From: Psammoneis japonica
Lineage: Eukaryota
Direction of reading: 5' to 3'
Length of the DNA: 64,000 bases
Assembly (NCBI GenBank): GCA_008632985.1
Contig: QPGO01000087.1
Span: 1 to 64,000 of the forward strand
The position numbers and the translations under genes are program-made. Within the stretch, counting starts at the first letter, position 1. Each line of letters begins with the position of its first letter. Under the pieces are notes generated by a model. It did no database searches and was not told the DNA's origin. It saw only the letters and a list, made by a program, of their open reading frames with translations. Below are positions 47,545 through 58,586 of this stretch, piece by piece.

Positions 47545-49980
47545 ATGTGGACTGCTCTTTTGCTGTTTTGTTGTTGGGGTTCTCCTTCGTTGGCAACAGA
47601 AGGGGTCTATAGAACAGATCCCAGAGGGGGGAGAGCAAAGCCAAAATCGACAGACCCGGCGGCACGGGTGAGTTGCGTCAAAGCATAATTTCTGAATGGC
47701 CTCTTTTTCTTCTTTTCGCTCACCACGTCTTTGTTGTCGTACTGTAGCCATTTTCGCGTATTATTGGTGGATCCGATGCTCCACCTGGTCGGTATGGATA
47801 TTCCGTTAGTTTAGAGACAAGATTCGGCTCTCATGTATGTGGCGGAACTCTGGTTGAGTCCTCTATTATTTTGAGTGCGGCTCACTGCGCCGAGTCCTTT
47901 ACCCACGTTACGATTGGTCGGACCAATCGTACCGACAAGTCCGGGTATTACGAACGCTTTGCCGTAGACAAAAAGGTGCTTCATCCGCTCTATTCGGACG
48001 ATGACTTTCCTTACGACTTTATGCTTGCCAGCTTCAAGGGTGTTTCCCAATTTACTCCCGTGCGGATCAATCGCAATCAAGCCATACCAACCAAGGAGAC
48101 GGAGCTCATCGTTATGGGCTTTGGGGTGACTGTGCCGGGAGGCAAAAAGGCATCCGACATTTTGCAGGTGGCTACCGTCAAGTACGTACCGAATCGCGTT
48201 TGTGACAAGTCGTCTGATCCGAACTTTGTGTATGACTCCTACAGAGGCAAGGTGAGTATAGAATTACCGTTCGTCTTGACTGCTGGTGTGCTGTTTGAAA
48301 AGTGTATTTGACGAAAAGTTGTAGTGCTAACCTTCCCGTTTTTGATTGCCGTATGAACTGCCTCAGATTTCATCCGACATGTTGTGTGCGTCCGAGTCGG
48401 GTCAGGACAGCTGTCAAGGGGATTCGGGCGGGCCGCTTGTCAAACGAGGAAGCACTCCTGACCAAGATGTGCAAGTCGGTCTCGTGTCGTGGGGGTATGG
48501 ATGTGCGCTCGACGCCTTTCCCGGTGTCTATGCCCGTGTCAGCCACGAGATTGAATGGATGGATGAAGCGGTGTGTGCCTTGACCAATTCTCTGTCGACG
48601 CGGTTTGATTGTGGGGTCACCCCGGCACCCTCGCCTCCCTCCGTGGTCACACCGGCACCCTCACCTCCCTTAGATATGGCAAGTGTGGCGGTTGTGACTC
48701 TTGTAGTGCAGCTTGATTCGAAACCGTTCGAAACAGGTTGGCTTATTGAGGACTCGGCGGGCAATGTTGTGAGAGAAGTGCGGCCGGGATCGTATACACA
48801 ACCAGGAGCGCTCATGACAGAAATAGTTTATCTGCAGCCTGACGAAAAACATAGCCTTGTCGTTCAAGACAGTGCCGGCAATGGTTTTTGTTGCGGGAGC
48901 GGATCCGGATACTATAAGTTGTTTGCGGGATTCCCTGAAGAAGGCAATGAATTGGTGTTTGGGAATGGCGTTTTTGCTTCCGAAAAAGTCGTGGATTTTA
49001 CTTCTCCACCGCTTGTCTCCCCCCCTTTGCCAGAGACGACAAAGCCGCCTGCATCCTCACCGCCACGGGCGACACCAGTGCCCGCCACCGAACCGCCAGA
49101 GCCGGTGGTTATAGATGAGATTCCAGTGACTGTGCAGTTGCAGCTAGATTCATATCCCGAGGAGATTGGGTGGCGGCTAGAACGTCACAGCAAGGATGTT
49201 ACCATTGTCGGCGGTGCATCACCGGGAACATACTTGATGCCCAATGCTACAGCAGTGAAAACGCTGATGGTGGAGGCGGGCGGCTTGTACAAATTTGTCA
49301 TTTTTGATTTGTTTCAAGACGGATTCTGTTGCCAGTTTGGTGGTAACGGATATTACCAGATCTTTATGGGGACAACTGACACTTCCGATGAAGATGCTGT
49401 GATTATTTCCGAGAGCGCGGATTTTGAGCAAGGTCGCGAGCATACCTTTGTGGCACAAGGAAATGGGGTGGTGTATCCGCATCCCGTGAGTCCAACAGAC
49501 CACTTTTTGACGCTCGAAATCAAGTTTGATAGCTTTCCCGGAGAAATTGGGTGGATTCTCGAGAGCGAAAGCACTGCAGTCACGAGCCAGAAAGAACTCG
49601 ACACCACGGGCCTTGTCGTCGTTGACTATGCCATGGCTGGATACTATTCCGAAAACGAGGCGTTCAAGGATGTGAAAGAAATCATTGTGATCCCGGAGAT
49701 CCCAATTGGTTCTTCTCGTTTCTTTGTGTTTACCCTTACCGATTCTTCATCCGGATTGTGCTGTGGTTTTGGGTCGGGTTATTTTAGCCTGTACTACGGA
49801 CCAAGAAACGAGAATAATCTTCTTGTCTCCAGTCCGATTTCAACTGGTGCAAGAGAGTCTCATGTCTTTACTGTGGAAGGCAATGGCAGTTTTGTAAACA
49901 ATGCGAATTCAGCCGCTTCTCGGCTTCCAGTGTGGCTTGGAGCCATTGCTGGAACAATAGCTTGTTATCTCATGGTATAG
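47545..49980 (+). CDS. Secreted/anchored trypsin-like serine protease with three repeated C-terminal beta domains
   Basis: Signal peptide, [25 protein letters not shown]. Introns ~47668-47747 and 48252-48366. 3x (D..P.E.GW...G.CC..G.GY); hydrophobic C-terminus. Confidence 0.9.
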
Positions 49981-50035
49981 AAACTTATGTGAGGATAGAG
50001 CTGCTTTTCTTTTTGGACTGGACATGGTTCTTTGC

Positions 50036-51235
50036 TTATATTAAAGCTGGATTCTTTCGTTTGCTGTTGCCAGACTTTTCTCGTTTTCTCTTTTTGGGAC
50101 TTGCCTTGTCGTGCTCTATTTCGCTTGTTTGAACAAAAGCCGAAGAATGCAAAACACCACCAAACATCCATCGATTCTTTACAAATAAATCATTGGCCAT
50201 TGTTCCACTTTGTCGTACACGGCTACCGGCATAGGGGTTTTCTCCAAAAAACATGACTTCGTCTACGGGTACAACGTCATGATTGTCGTCTCCCTGCATC
50301 ACAGTGGCAACGACCGGCGGCAGAGCTGATACGTGTCCTTTTTCAAAAAGAAACTGACAATCGGCAATGGCTTCGAATTGTGTATTGGTTGTCACCAAAA
50401 ACGGTGTATCCTTCGATATGGACGACAAGGCAGAATCCCATTCATAATCCGGACAGGTAAAACCAGGGTTGAAAAAGACAACCAAATCTGCCTTTTCGAG
50501 TGATTCGTCCTTTGCATCATATTGGCGACACCGAGTCTCGCCGACAAACTTGTATGAATAAAAGTCATCATTAGGTTTTGTTCTTTGTTCCACAAGGTCC
50601 TTTGCAGGACATTCGGGTCCCACAAAACACACACGGATCGTCTTTAATCGGTGTTGTTCCGCGACAGACGACAAGGCCTCTGCGTATCCATCAAATGCGT
50701 CGTCCTTTCGCTTTGAACCCCACAGCTCGACATCACTTGATGCACCAATCACATGAATCACAAGGTCTGTCTTCTTTGCAATGGACTCTTGAAAGCATGG
50801 AGCATCCAAAAGAACGTTTGCGAGCGTTGCGGGGTAGGACTCGTATTCACTCTGCACTCGTTGCAGGGCAGCTTCGTCGTCGTCCTTATTCCTCTTGTTG
50901 TTGCTGCTGCTGGCTTCGGCGTCTTCATCGGCTTGACAGAGAGCCAAAAGTGCACAAATAATAGATGAATGCCCCATGGCTGTTGTTTCCTCATTACTGT
51001 CAAGTTTGTTTGACGCATCCTGTTTACGACACTCTTTGGAACAGTACTTGACGCGGTGGCATGCTATGCACTCGACCTTTACATTCTTTCGACTGGCACA
51101 CGTGCAGCAGGCGTTGAATCCCAGCGAGATAATGTCATTCGCATCATTATTATTTTGTAGCCTTTCTCCTAAATGCGCAATGCGAGTTTGCTGCTCGGGT
51201 AGCTCCTCGAGATGAAGCGACGCCAAGAGGTCCAT
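50036..51235 (-). CDS. MYND zinc-finger protein, MSS51/ZMYND17-like
   Basis: CCTC..CIAC.RVKYCSKEC, HVIGAS, FVGPE, FFNPGF, ENPY. ATG at 51235; the longer ORF-track start lies inside the LTR. Confidence 0.8.
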   Translation of the reverse strand: MDLLASLHLEELPEQQTRIAHLGERLQNNNDANDIISLGFNACCTCASRKNVKVECIACHRVKYCSKECRKQDASNKLDSNEETTAMGHSSIICALLALCQADEDAEASSSNNKRNKDDDEAALQRVQSEYESYPATLANVLLDAPCFQESIAKKTDLVIHVIGASSDVELWGSKRKDDAFDGYAEALSSVAEQHRLKTIRVCFVGPECPAKDLVEQRTKPNDDFYSYKFVGETRCRQYDAKDESLEKADLVVFFNPGFTCPDYEWDSALSSISKDTPFLVTTNTQFEAIADCQFLFEKGHVSALPPVVATVMQGDDNHDVVPVDEVMFFGENPYAGSRVRQSGTMANDLFVKNRWMFGGVLHSSAFVQTSEIEHDKASPKKRKREKSGNSKRKNPALI

Positions 51236-51256
51236 GGTTGCGTTATGTGTGCTGTG

Positions 51257-51490
51257 TGTGATAACTCTCGTCTGAGAGTTAGGAGAAGTCGACGGAAGGT
51301 CGAGTCGTATTGCTAGCAGTAGGGCTAACAATAGCGATAGAATCGATAAAGCTGCTAATGTCTTGTTACACTAGGTGTTGTAATTGTGAGCAGAAAAAGG
51401 GGAGAAGTTCTCCAAAAGAAGGGCGGGAACCGCATACGGTACGTAAGTGAAGAGCGCGCGAATCGCGCATGAGTTCGTACTGTGTTGACA
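51257..51490 (-). repeat. 3' LTR of the 7-kb Copia
   Basis: Direct repeat of 58026-58261. Confidence 0.93.
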
Positions 51491-51510
51491 CTCCCTCTCG
51501 AACGAAGAAG

Positions 51511-54500
51511 CTACCAACCGCAAAGCAATTTGCGAATAGACTCAAATTTGACTGTGACGAGTCCTTTTGTTAAAATGTCAGCGCGTTGCAGGTCTGTTGC
51601 GATCTTGGATACGGTAACTCGGTTTGGTTTCAGCTGTGAACGAAACCAGCGACACTTGATTGCGCAGTGCTTGGACCTTGGCGCAATTCGGCCAGGTTCC
51701 ACGTCAGCCAGAGTCAAGGCTCCAGCATTGTCCTCCCACACGGTGGTCCTGATGGTCTTGGTGGTCCCTGGACCAACTCCAATGCCTTGGGAAATGGCTT
51801 GTACAGTGCGAAGAAAGGGAAGGACAGTGTTCATGCATGTGGAGAGAGCACTGCACACTCTGCTTCCATTGTTGAGAGTGCGATCTCGGGTTCAAGCTTG
51901 CTGGACCAGATGACAGGACAGTTTGAAATGCAAATGACAAATCCTGTTCAGCTCTTGACACAAGCCGGGTCTTGCTTGTCTTCATGCAGCCACAATCCAG
52001 CAAAATCTGAGTCTGCAAAAACATCAATGTTGAAGTCCCCAGATGGCTTGAGGATTGAACCTTCCTCCAATGTGCCTTTGAGGTGTCGGCCGATCCTCTC
52101 GAGGGCTTGTTCATGTGAGCGGCGTGGACTGTGAACAAATCTTGCGGCAGAGCTAACTGCACAGGTGATGTCGGGCCTTGAATGGCCCTGGAGACACTGG
52201 AGCATGCCAACAACACTGGCATGATTGAAGGCTCCATTTGGTGGGTCTCCATCGGTGTCCTTGACCAATGGAGCAGCTAGCGCGGGTGTTCGGGCCTTTG
52301 GCAGATGGCCCACATTGAGGGCTTCGACGACACGCTTGGCTGGGCCGCTCTGGGTGAGCTTGACAGTGCCATTGTCGGTGTCGCAATGGATGTGGACGCC
52401 TGAAAAACCTGCGACGGAATCCTCGACTTCGATGGCCAGACTGCCATCAATTTTGAGTTTTTCAATCACTTCGTCGATGCACTCTTGCTTTGGTGAAAAG
52501 AACAATGTGTCGTCAACATGCACAAGGCAGATGACCTTGTCGGACACAAAGAGACACGGATCAACATCATCTTGAGATTGAAATCTGGCGTCTTCAAGTT
52601 TTGATTTGAGGTGCAGGAAAAAGTTGTGTGGTCCTTGCTTGAGACCACACACGGTCTTCTTCAGTCACAGCACTTTGCCAGGCTTTGTGCATCTGCAAGG
52701 CATTTGTGTGAACACACCAGAGCATTCCCGCTCTTTGGGTGTCACAGCATCCCATTTGGGATTTTTGTCAATCGGAGCATGCAGGAAAGCCGTGACACAA
52801 TCAACTTGCTTCATGGAGAGCTCAAGAATCTGAGAAAGCATGAGCATCAGCCGCACTGTTGTCCAATTAACAACCGGAGCAAAGGCATCAAAACAATCAA
52901 CACCTTCCAATTGCTTGTCACTGCGGACACAGAATTGAGCTTTGTGTTTTTGGAATGACCCATCAGGGTGCCGTTTGCACTTGAAGGCCCAAGTGGATGG
53001 CAGAACATTCATCCAATCTTGGCGGTCGACTTCCTCCCAAGCATCTTTGCCTTTGACAAGGGAGTCAATTTCGACATCACAAGCCTTGAGATGGGCTGCA
53101 CGATTGGGTCCACTCACAGCTTCTTCCCAAGCAGGGTTGTTGGCGGAATTTGCATTAGCTGCTGGAGCCAGAGGATGCATTTCTTCAAGTGTGCCGTGAA
53201 CTTGATCGGCATTTTTGTTGAAAAGGTTGATCACAGCACGCAAGTCTTTTGATTGGAGTGTGTTTGTAACGCTGTCCCACTTTGGTGCCATCAGAAACTG
53301 CTTGTTGAGTGTCTCTGACTCAACCATTCGTTGGGGATTCTTGCAGGCTGTCGGCAACTCGTTTGGAGGAATGCGAACATCAGCCGTCATGGCTTCAATG
53401 AGGCGGTCCGGTTTCTTGATGGCACGGCCGCTGCGAGTCCGAGTGGCAATGGCAGGAGTGTTCGGAGCCGCTTGAGTGGGCTCAGCGATGTCTGAACCAA
53501 GATCCAAGTCTTCAGGCAAGTCGTGATGGTTGACCAGGGACAATTCGTCATCGCTGTCATCACTGGGCTCATCGATCTCGACTCCCTCTGGAGCCTCTGA
53601 AGTTGCAGATGCCAGATAATCCGATGATTCAGGATCAGTGGGAAGCTCTCCCTCTGGAGCTGTGACGGAAGAGGTTGGTTGAGGAGGGGTTTTGCCAGGA
53701 GGGGCGCGCTGTTGGCGGTGTAACTTCCGCGCCTGACAATGGTTCTCGCGGTGGTGGCGCTCTTCAGGCATCAGCCAATCGTCATGCAGTGCGGGCAAGC
53801 GATGGCAAGGGTCTTTGGAAGGCTCGTGGTCAAGAGTGTGGTTGACTGCGGAGTCAGCAGCAAGCAGGGACTCCCAAACATCAGTGGAGAAAGGGACGTC
53901 CTGAAAGCACCCCCCAGAGTTGCTGTTGGGTGCGGTGGAGAAGTGGTTGTCATAGACCACATGGCATTGAGGGCTAACACAGCCTGTCACAAGGTTGAGG
54001 ATCAGGCCAATGTTCGTAGAATGAGCCGGGGAGATGCCAAGGCATTGGCCGCGACAACTGCATGGATCCCACTTTGGAACTTTCTTGCCATCCTGTAGTT
54101 TGGGATCTAAAACATGCGTGGGACAGCCCCACACCTGCAAGTGCTGTAAATGCATGTGGGAATCAAAGTGTTGCTTGGAACAGATCTCGACAGGAGCAGT
54201 GCGAGTGTCAATTTTCGGAAGATGATTCCACAAACAAGCGGCGTGAGTCATGGCAAAAGGCCAAATTTCCAGATTGGCTGCATCAGGCCACACAAGGACG
54301 GCATGGAGCAACACAGATCTTGCCCATGAGGTGATGGTTTGTGTGGAGCGCTCGGCGATGCCGTTTTGATGATGGGCACCAACACCAGAGAAGTCGATCG
54401 TCTGGTGGTTTTCTTCGAGATCTTGCATGAAGGCCTCAGAGCCGAAAGGCACATTGTTGGCAAGGCATTGCTTCACCTGGACCCCAAATTGGTCACTGAG

Positions 54501-56626
54501 CTGCTCAAAGGCGCGCTCAGCATGCACAGTTTCACCTGCAGTGAGACCAACTTGATGGGTCAGGAACACACAGCTAGAAGCATGATCGACAAAAATCGTG
54601 CGCCGCTGCACTTGTCTTTCTCAGGTTCACGCCCCTTGGTTGACGGAAGATGGCCAGGGATGCAGCTGATGTGCTGGTCAATGGAGACGCATTGACCTGG
54701 AGATAAATCGCCCTCTTGCAACACCATGGGCGGAGGTTTCGATGCACTGCGGCGGTCCGGAGTGCACCGCTTTTGTTTGGCCAGTTGACAGGTGGCACAT
54801 GATGGAGGTGTGCAACCTGCCACCGCATTGGATTTGGGTTTAAGGACTTGGGATTTGGCAGGATCCCTTGGGATGGCACTGAGACGTTGGATGTGTTGAA
54901 AGCCAGCGCGACCGAGTTTTTGATGAAGCAGCAGAAGCTCCTTTTGACCTGGAGCAAGGTTTTGATTCGTCTGTGAAGTGACGGACAAGAAGGCATCCAG
55001 TCGGTCTGCAGTGCTGATTGGAGCCAAATTGCACCTGGAAACTCCAGCGGATGTCGGTTCGGACATCATCATAAAAGGCAAGTTGCTGTCCTTGTTGTGC
55101 GGGAATTCAAGGGTGTCACCACTCGGGAGAGTTGGGGCGGCTTTGTTGCCACGCACTGAACATTCACCTTGATTTCCATTTTCTTGAAAACAGGTTTGCG
55201 GGCTGAAAAGGCGGACAGAGGTGTCAGGGACGTAACAAGCCTTGGTGCGGACGGTGCGCACAACGTTCCAACAGTCGATTGCATCCCATTTGACGTAACC
55301 CTGACCCACAACACGAGCAGCAGAGAACAATCCCTTGATCATGGTGAGTTCTGCAGGTTCAAGAGGGCCTGTGAAGTCACTCAAGTGCGGAGTGAGAGAG
55401 GAAGAGGCGCTGGCATCAAGTGCCACGGGCACATCAACAGGTGAGGCTGATGACAGAGCTTGACATTGTGAGCTGTCAAGATGTTGTAAATTGGCTAACG
55501 ACTTGATTGGTTTTGTCAAATCTTCGGAGAGCCAAGGTGGATCTGGCAAGAATGCGTCAGTCAGGGACGGTCCAAATGTCAAGGTTTGGTGGGAGAACAT
55601 GGCTGCGCCGCCGAAACCAGTCAAACAGGTTGCTGCTGTCATTTGAGACAGATTGGTTGCTGTGCAGGAGAGAGCAGGTGCTTCTCCGCAAGCTCGTAGC
55701 ATGTCCTTTGAGGCAAGTGCTTTGATCACAAGAAATTGTGCAAGAGGGTCAATTCCTTGCACAAACTCATCCAATGAGATTCCAAACTGCACGTCGTCCA
55801 TGATCCAGGATTGGTGCGGCAGTCGGTGTTTGATGCGGGCAAACTCTTTGAGTTCGTGTTCTTCGGGGTCGTCCGGTGGTGCAAAATTGGAGGGCGCTGT
55901 GTCAGTGGGATTGAATTCAGCAGACTCAGTCCGCAGGTGATTGCCCAGCAGATCCAGCAACATGACAAAATCAGTCAGTGTTGCACTGTGCAGCAAATCG
56001 TACATCTCAGAAGGTGGATGTAGGAGTTGATGATTGATTTGTGCATGAGCTTCGTTGGCTTCTTGAATGGGATCAACGCAGACAAACCCAGGCTTCTTGG
56101 GTTTCACAGGCTTGACTCGACATCTTGATTTTAAGAGTTTCCAGGACTTGGATCGGCGACACTGCTTGAAATTGGTCTCTGCGACGGCAGCATCATCCGG
56201 CATGGGTGCTTGACGTGTGTGGCGCCAAGTCATTGGATGAAGGAAGGAACAAGTGGGGTCTCTTTGTGGGAATCGAACTGGACGACGGTCCAAACGACAA
56301 ACTTGCGCGTGATGACATAATTTGTGGCGCGTCTGACGATGAGGATGATGATGATGTGGATTGTGTTCCAAGGACGAGGTGACAACAAACCAAGGCATGT
56401 CATCGTATGAGAGCAAAGGATTCCTGGAAAAGAGCAGCAAGCAGAAAAACAATCCACCTGCCAAAACAAAAAGGAACTGCAAAACAGCAGAGACGTCTGC
56501 TTCTCCTCCCTCTCCAAGAATCTGGAGAGCGAACCATAAGAAGAGGGACTGCGCCGCAGTCACACAAGCCTGGATGTCCCTTCCAGGAAAGGTTGTTTTG
56601 CTGAAAAGCGAAAAAGAATGGGCCAC
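51511..56626 (-). pseudogene. pol: Copia pol (protease, integrase, reverse transcriptase, RNase H), disrupted
   Basis: VALDASAS, HQKLG..C..C, HHQNGIAER, WGCP.HVLDP, FAPVV, CGLKQ, LVHVDD, EDNAGA, ADILTK; in-frame TGA stops and frameshifts. Confidence 0.92.
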
Positions 56627-56656
56627 ACGCTCAAAGAAGGAGGCGCGCCCAAAGCT

Positions 56657-57960
56657 TCAGGTGAAGGAAGCAAAGAGACCAGCAATGGTCTCGGCGACCT
56701 CGCGCTTGGCGTTCGTGACAGCCACTTCGCGGTCCGGATGCGGAGCGGAAGCAGGGGCCAGAGCAGGGGCAGGAGCAGGTGCAGGAAGTGCTGGGGACGC
56801 AGTGGCAGCACCAGCAACTTGAGCAACAGGGCGCCAGTGCTTGGTTTTGTAGTGATGACAGTGGTCTTTACCATCAATGTTGCGGCGACTGTCATTGTTC
56901 TTCTCGGCTTCAGCCGGTGGTTGCCATTTCTTAGGAATGGTCTTGATCGGCTCACCATCCTTCCTGGAGGAGGAATTGTTTTTGTTTTGGGCCGTTTCGC
57001 ATCGAAAAATGGTTTCTTGTTTGCACGCACTCGTGCATCGTCGATGGGCTGCTTGCAGTCGGAAAGAGGATGAGGGCCACCACAATTGAAGCAGTCAACT
57101 CTTCCGGCAACAAATGCGGTTGCATTCTTCTTAGCAGTCACGCCGGACCACTGGTCGGAAGATGCAAGGGCCAGGTGTCGAGCCTCCGTGAACTCAAGGA
57201 GATCAGGCATGGATGTGGCACTGATGCTCGGACCACTGGACTTGAGCTTGGAGATTTGAGAGTCCTTGGTGAGGTGGTCAAAAAGGGAATTAAATTCCGG
57301 GACGCTGGAGGTCTGGAACACCTTGGTGAGGTTTTCCATGAAATCAGAAGGAATGACAGACTTGCCTTTCTGATCCTGGAGGTTCTGGAGTCGAGTGCAT
57401 CCACCACGGATGAGTGAGACGACTTTGCTGACGTCTTCACCATCGAAATTGGTGATCTTAAGCGAGATGATGTTGGCAACCAAATGATGAGCAGCCTCCT
57501 CGGAGTTGCTCTGCAAGAATTTCATCACAAGTGAGAAAAAGAGAGGTCCGCCTTGCTCTTCTTGTGGACACTTGAGGCATGTCTCGTTGACTTTCTTCTG
57601 GAGGGCATGAGAGGCGTTCCTCTCAAAATGGTCACAGGTGAGACGAAGGTTTTGGCTGGCCCAGGTCCCATCATGGTCCTCAAGCATCGCAGCACACCAC
57701 TTGTTGCTCTTCGCGACTTCGGCTTCGGTGATCGTCGAATGCTCGGTGCAGAGATCACGAGTCTTGAAGGTGACAGGATCAACAATTTGGAAAACATCGT
57801 CCACATCGCACTTAACGTGGTTTGACCGCATGGTCGAGATGGACACAGCCAGATCACAAGTGTCTTCGAGCTTGTCTGGATCGTTGATGTTGAAATTTAG
57901 GAGGTCGAAACGCGTCTGCAGTTTCGCAGCAGCTCGTAAAAATGTACGGAGCTCACTTCT
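56657..57960 (-). pseudogene. gag: Copia gag, disrupted
   Basis: QGGPLFF, FDGEDVSK, FQTSSVPEFN, zinc knuckle CFNCGGPHPLSDC; one frameshift after the knuckle. Confidence 0.85.
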
Positions 57961-58025
57961 CATCCACCGGAGAGAAAAGAGATGAGGCGCAGGAGTCGTC
58001 AAGCGTGATGCTTGGGCTCCCAACC

Positions 58026-58261
58026 TGTGACAACTCTCGTCTGAGAGTTGGGAGAAGTCGACGGAAGGTCGAGTGGTAATCGCATTGCTAGCAGTAGGGC
58101 TAACAATAGCGAAAGAATTGATAAAGCTGCTAATGTCTTGTTACACTAGGTGTTGTAATTGTGAGCAGAAAAAGGGGAGAAGTTCTCCAAAAGAAGGGCG
58201 GGAAACCGCGTGCGTAAGTGAAGAGCGCGCGAATCGCGCATGAGTTCGTACTGTGTTGACA
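58026..58261 (-). repeat. 5' LTR of the 7-kb Copia
   Basis: Direct repeat of 51257-51490. Confidence 0.93.
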
Positions 58262-58586
58262 CTGTGTCGGTGTTTTTTTTCGGTGTGTTTGTTCATTCAA
58301 AGACGGGTGGAGGACGACCTACAGACCGCAATGGCGATCTACCGTCGCGTATCAAGCAAAGTTGGAAAAAGTTCGAAGTCGATCTCGTCGCTCGTCGCCG
58401 CATTCATTCGAGCTTTGTGTGGGGGGAGAGTTCTTCCTAGCCCTACTTCTAATTGAAGACGTAATTCCGAACACTCTGTACAGTAGATGTGGGTCAACAG
58501 AGACGAAAGACACAGGAGAGCGAGAGCGAGAGGGTAAATGGATTGGAAGTCTGGAGAATACCGTCGACACGAGTTTCGTAATATTG

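Larger units (their letters stand above)
51257..58261 (-). mobile_element. Full-length Ty1/Copia LTR retrotransposon (7.0 kb), inactivated by hypermutation
   Basis: LTRs 51257-51490 and 58026-58261 (TG...CA). TSD CTGTG at 51252-51256 and 58262-58266. PPT at 51491-51499 (minus strand GAGAGGGAG). Domain order gag-PR-INT-RT-RH. Confidence 0.96.

Noticed and set aside
51236..51331. N-terminal extension of the MYND protein shown in the ORF track
   Set aside because: Non-ATG start lying within the LTR; ATG 51235 is the plausible start.
51511..57960. Alternative genetic code or RNA editing restoring Tyr in the retrotransposon
   Set aside because: Host genes use the standard code, TA loss occurs in all codon positions and in non-coding DNA, and the element also has TGA stops and frameshifts.
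51511..57960. Classical RIP or simple CpG deamination as the full explanation
   Set aside because: RIP raises TpA, and CpG decay cannot turn Tyr into Cys/His; CpG is partly retained here while TpA is lost.
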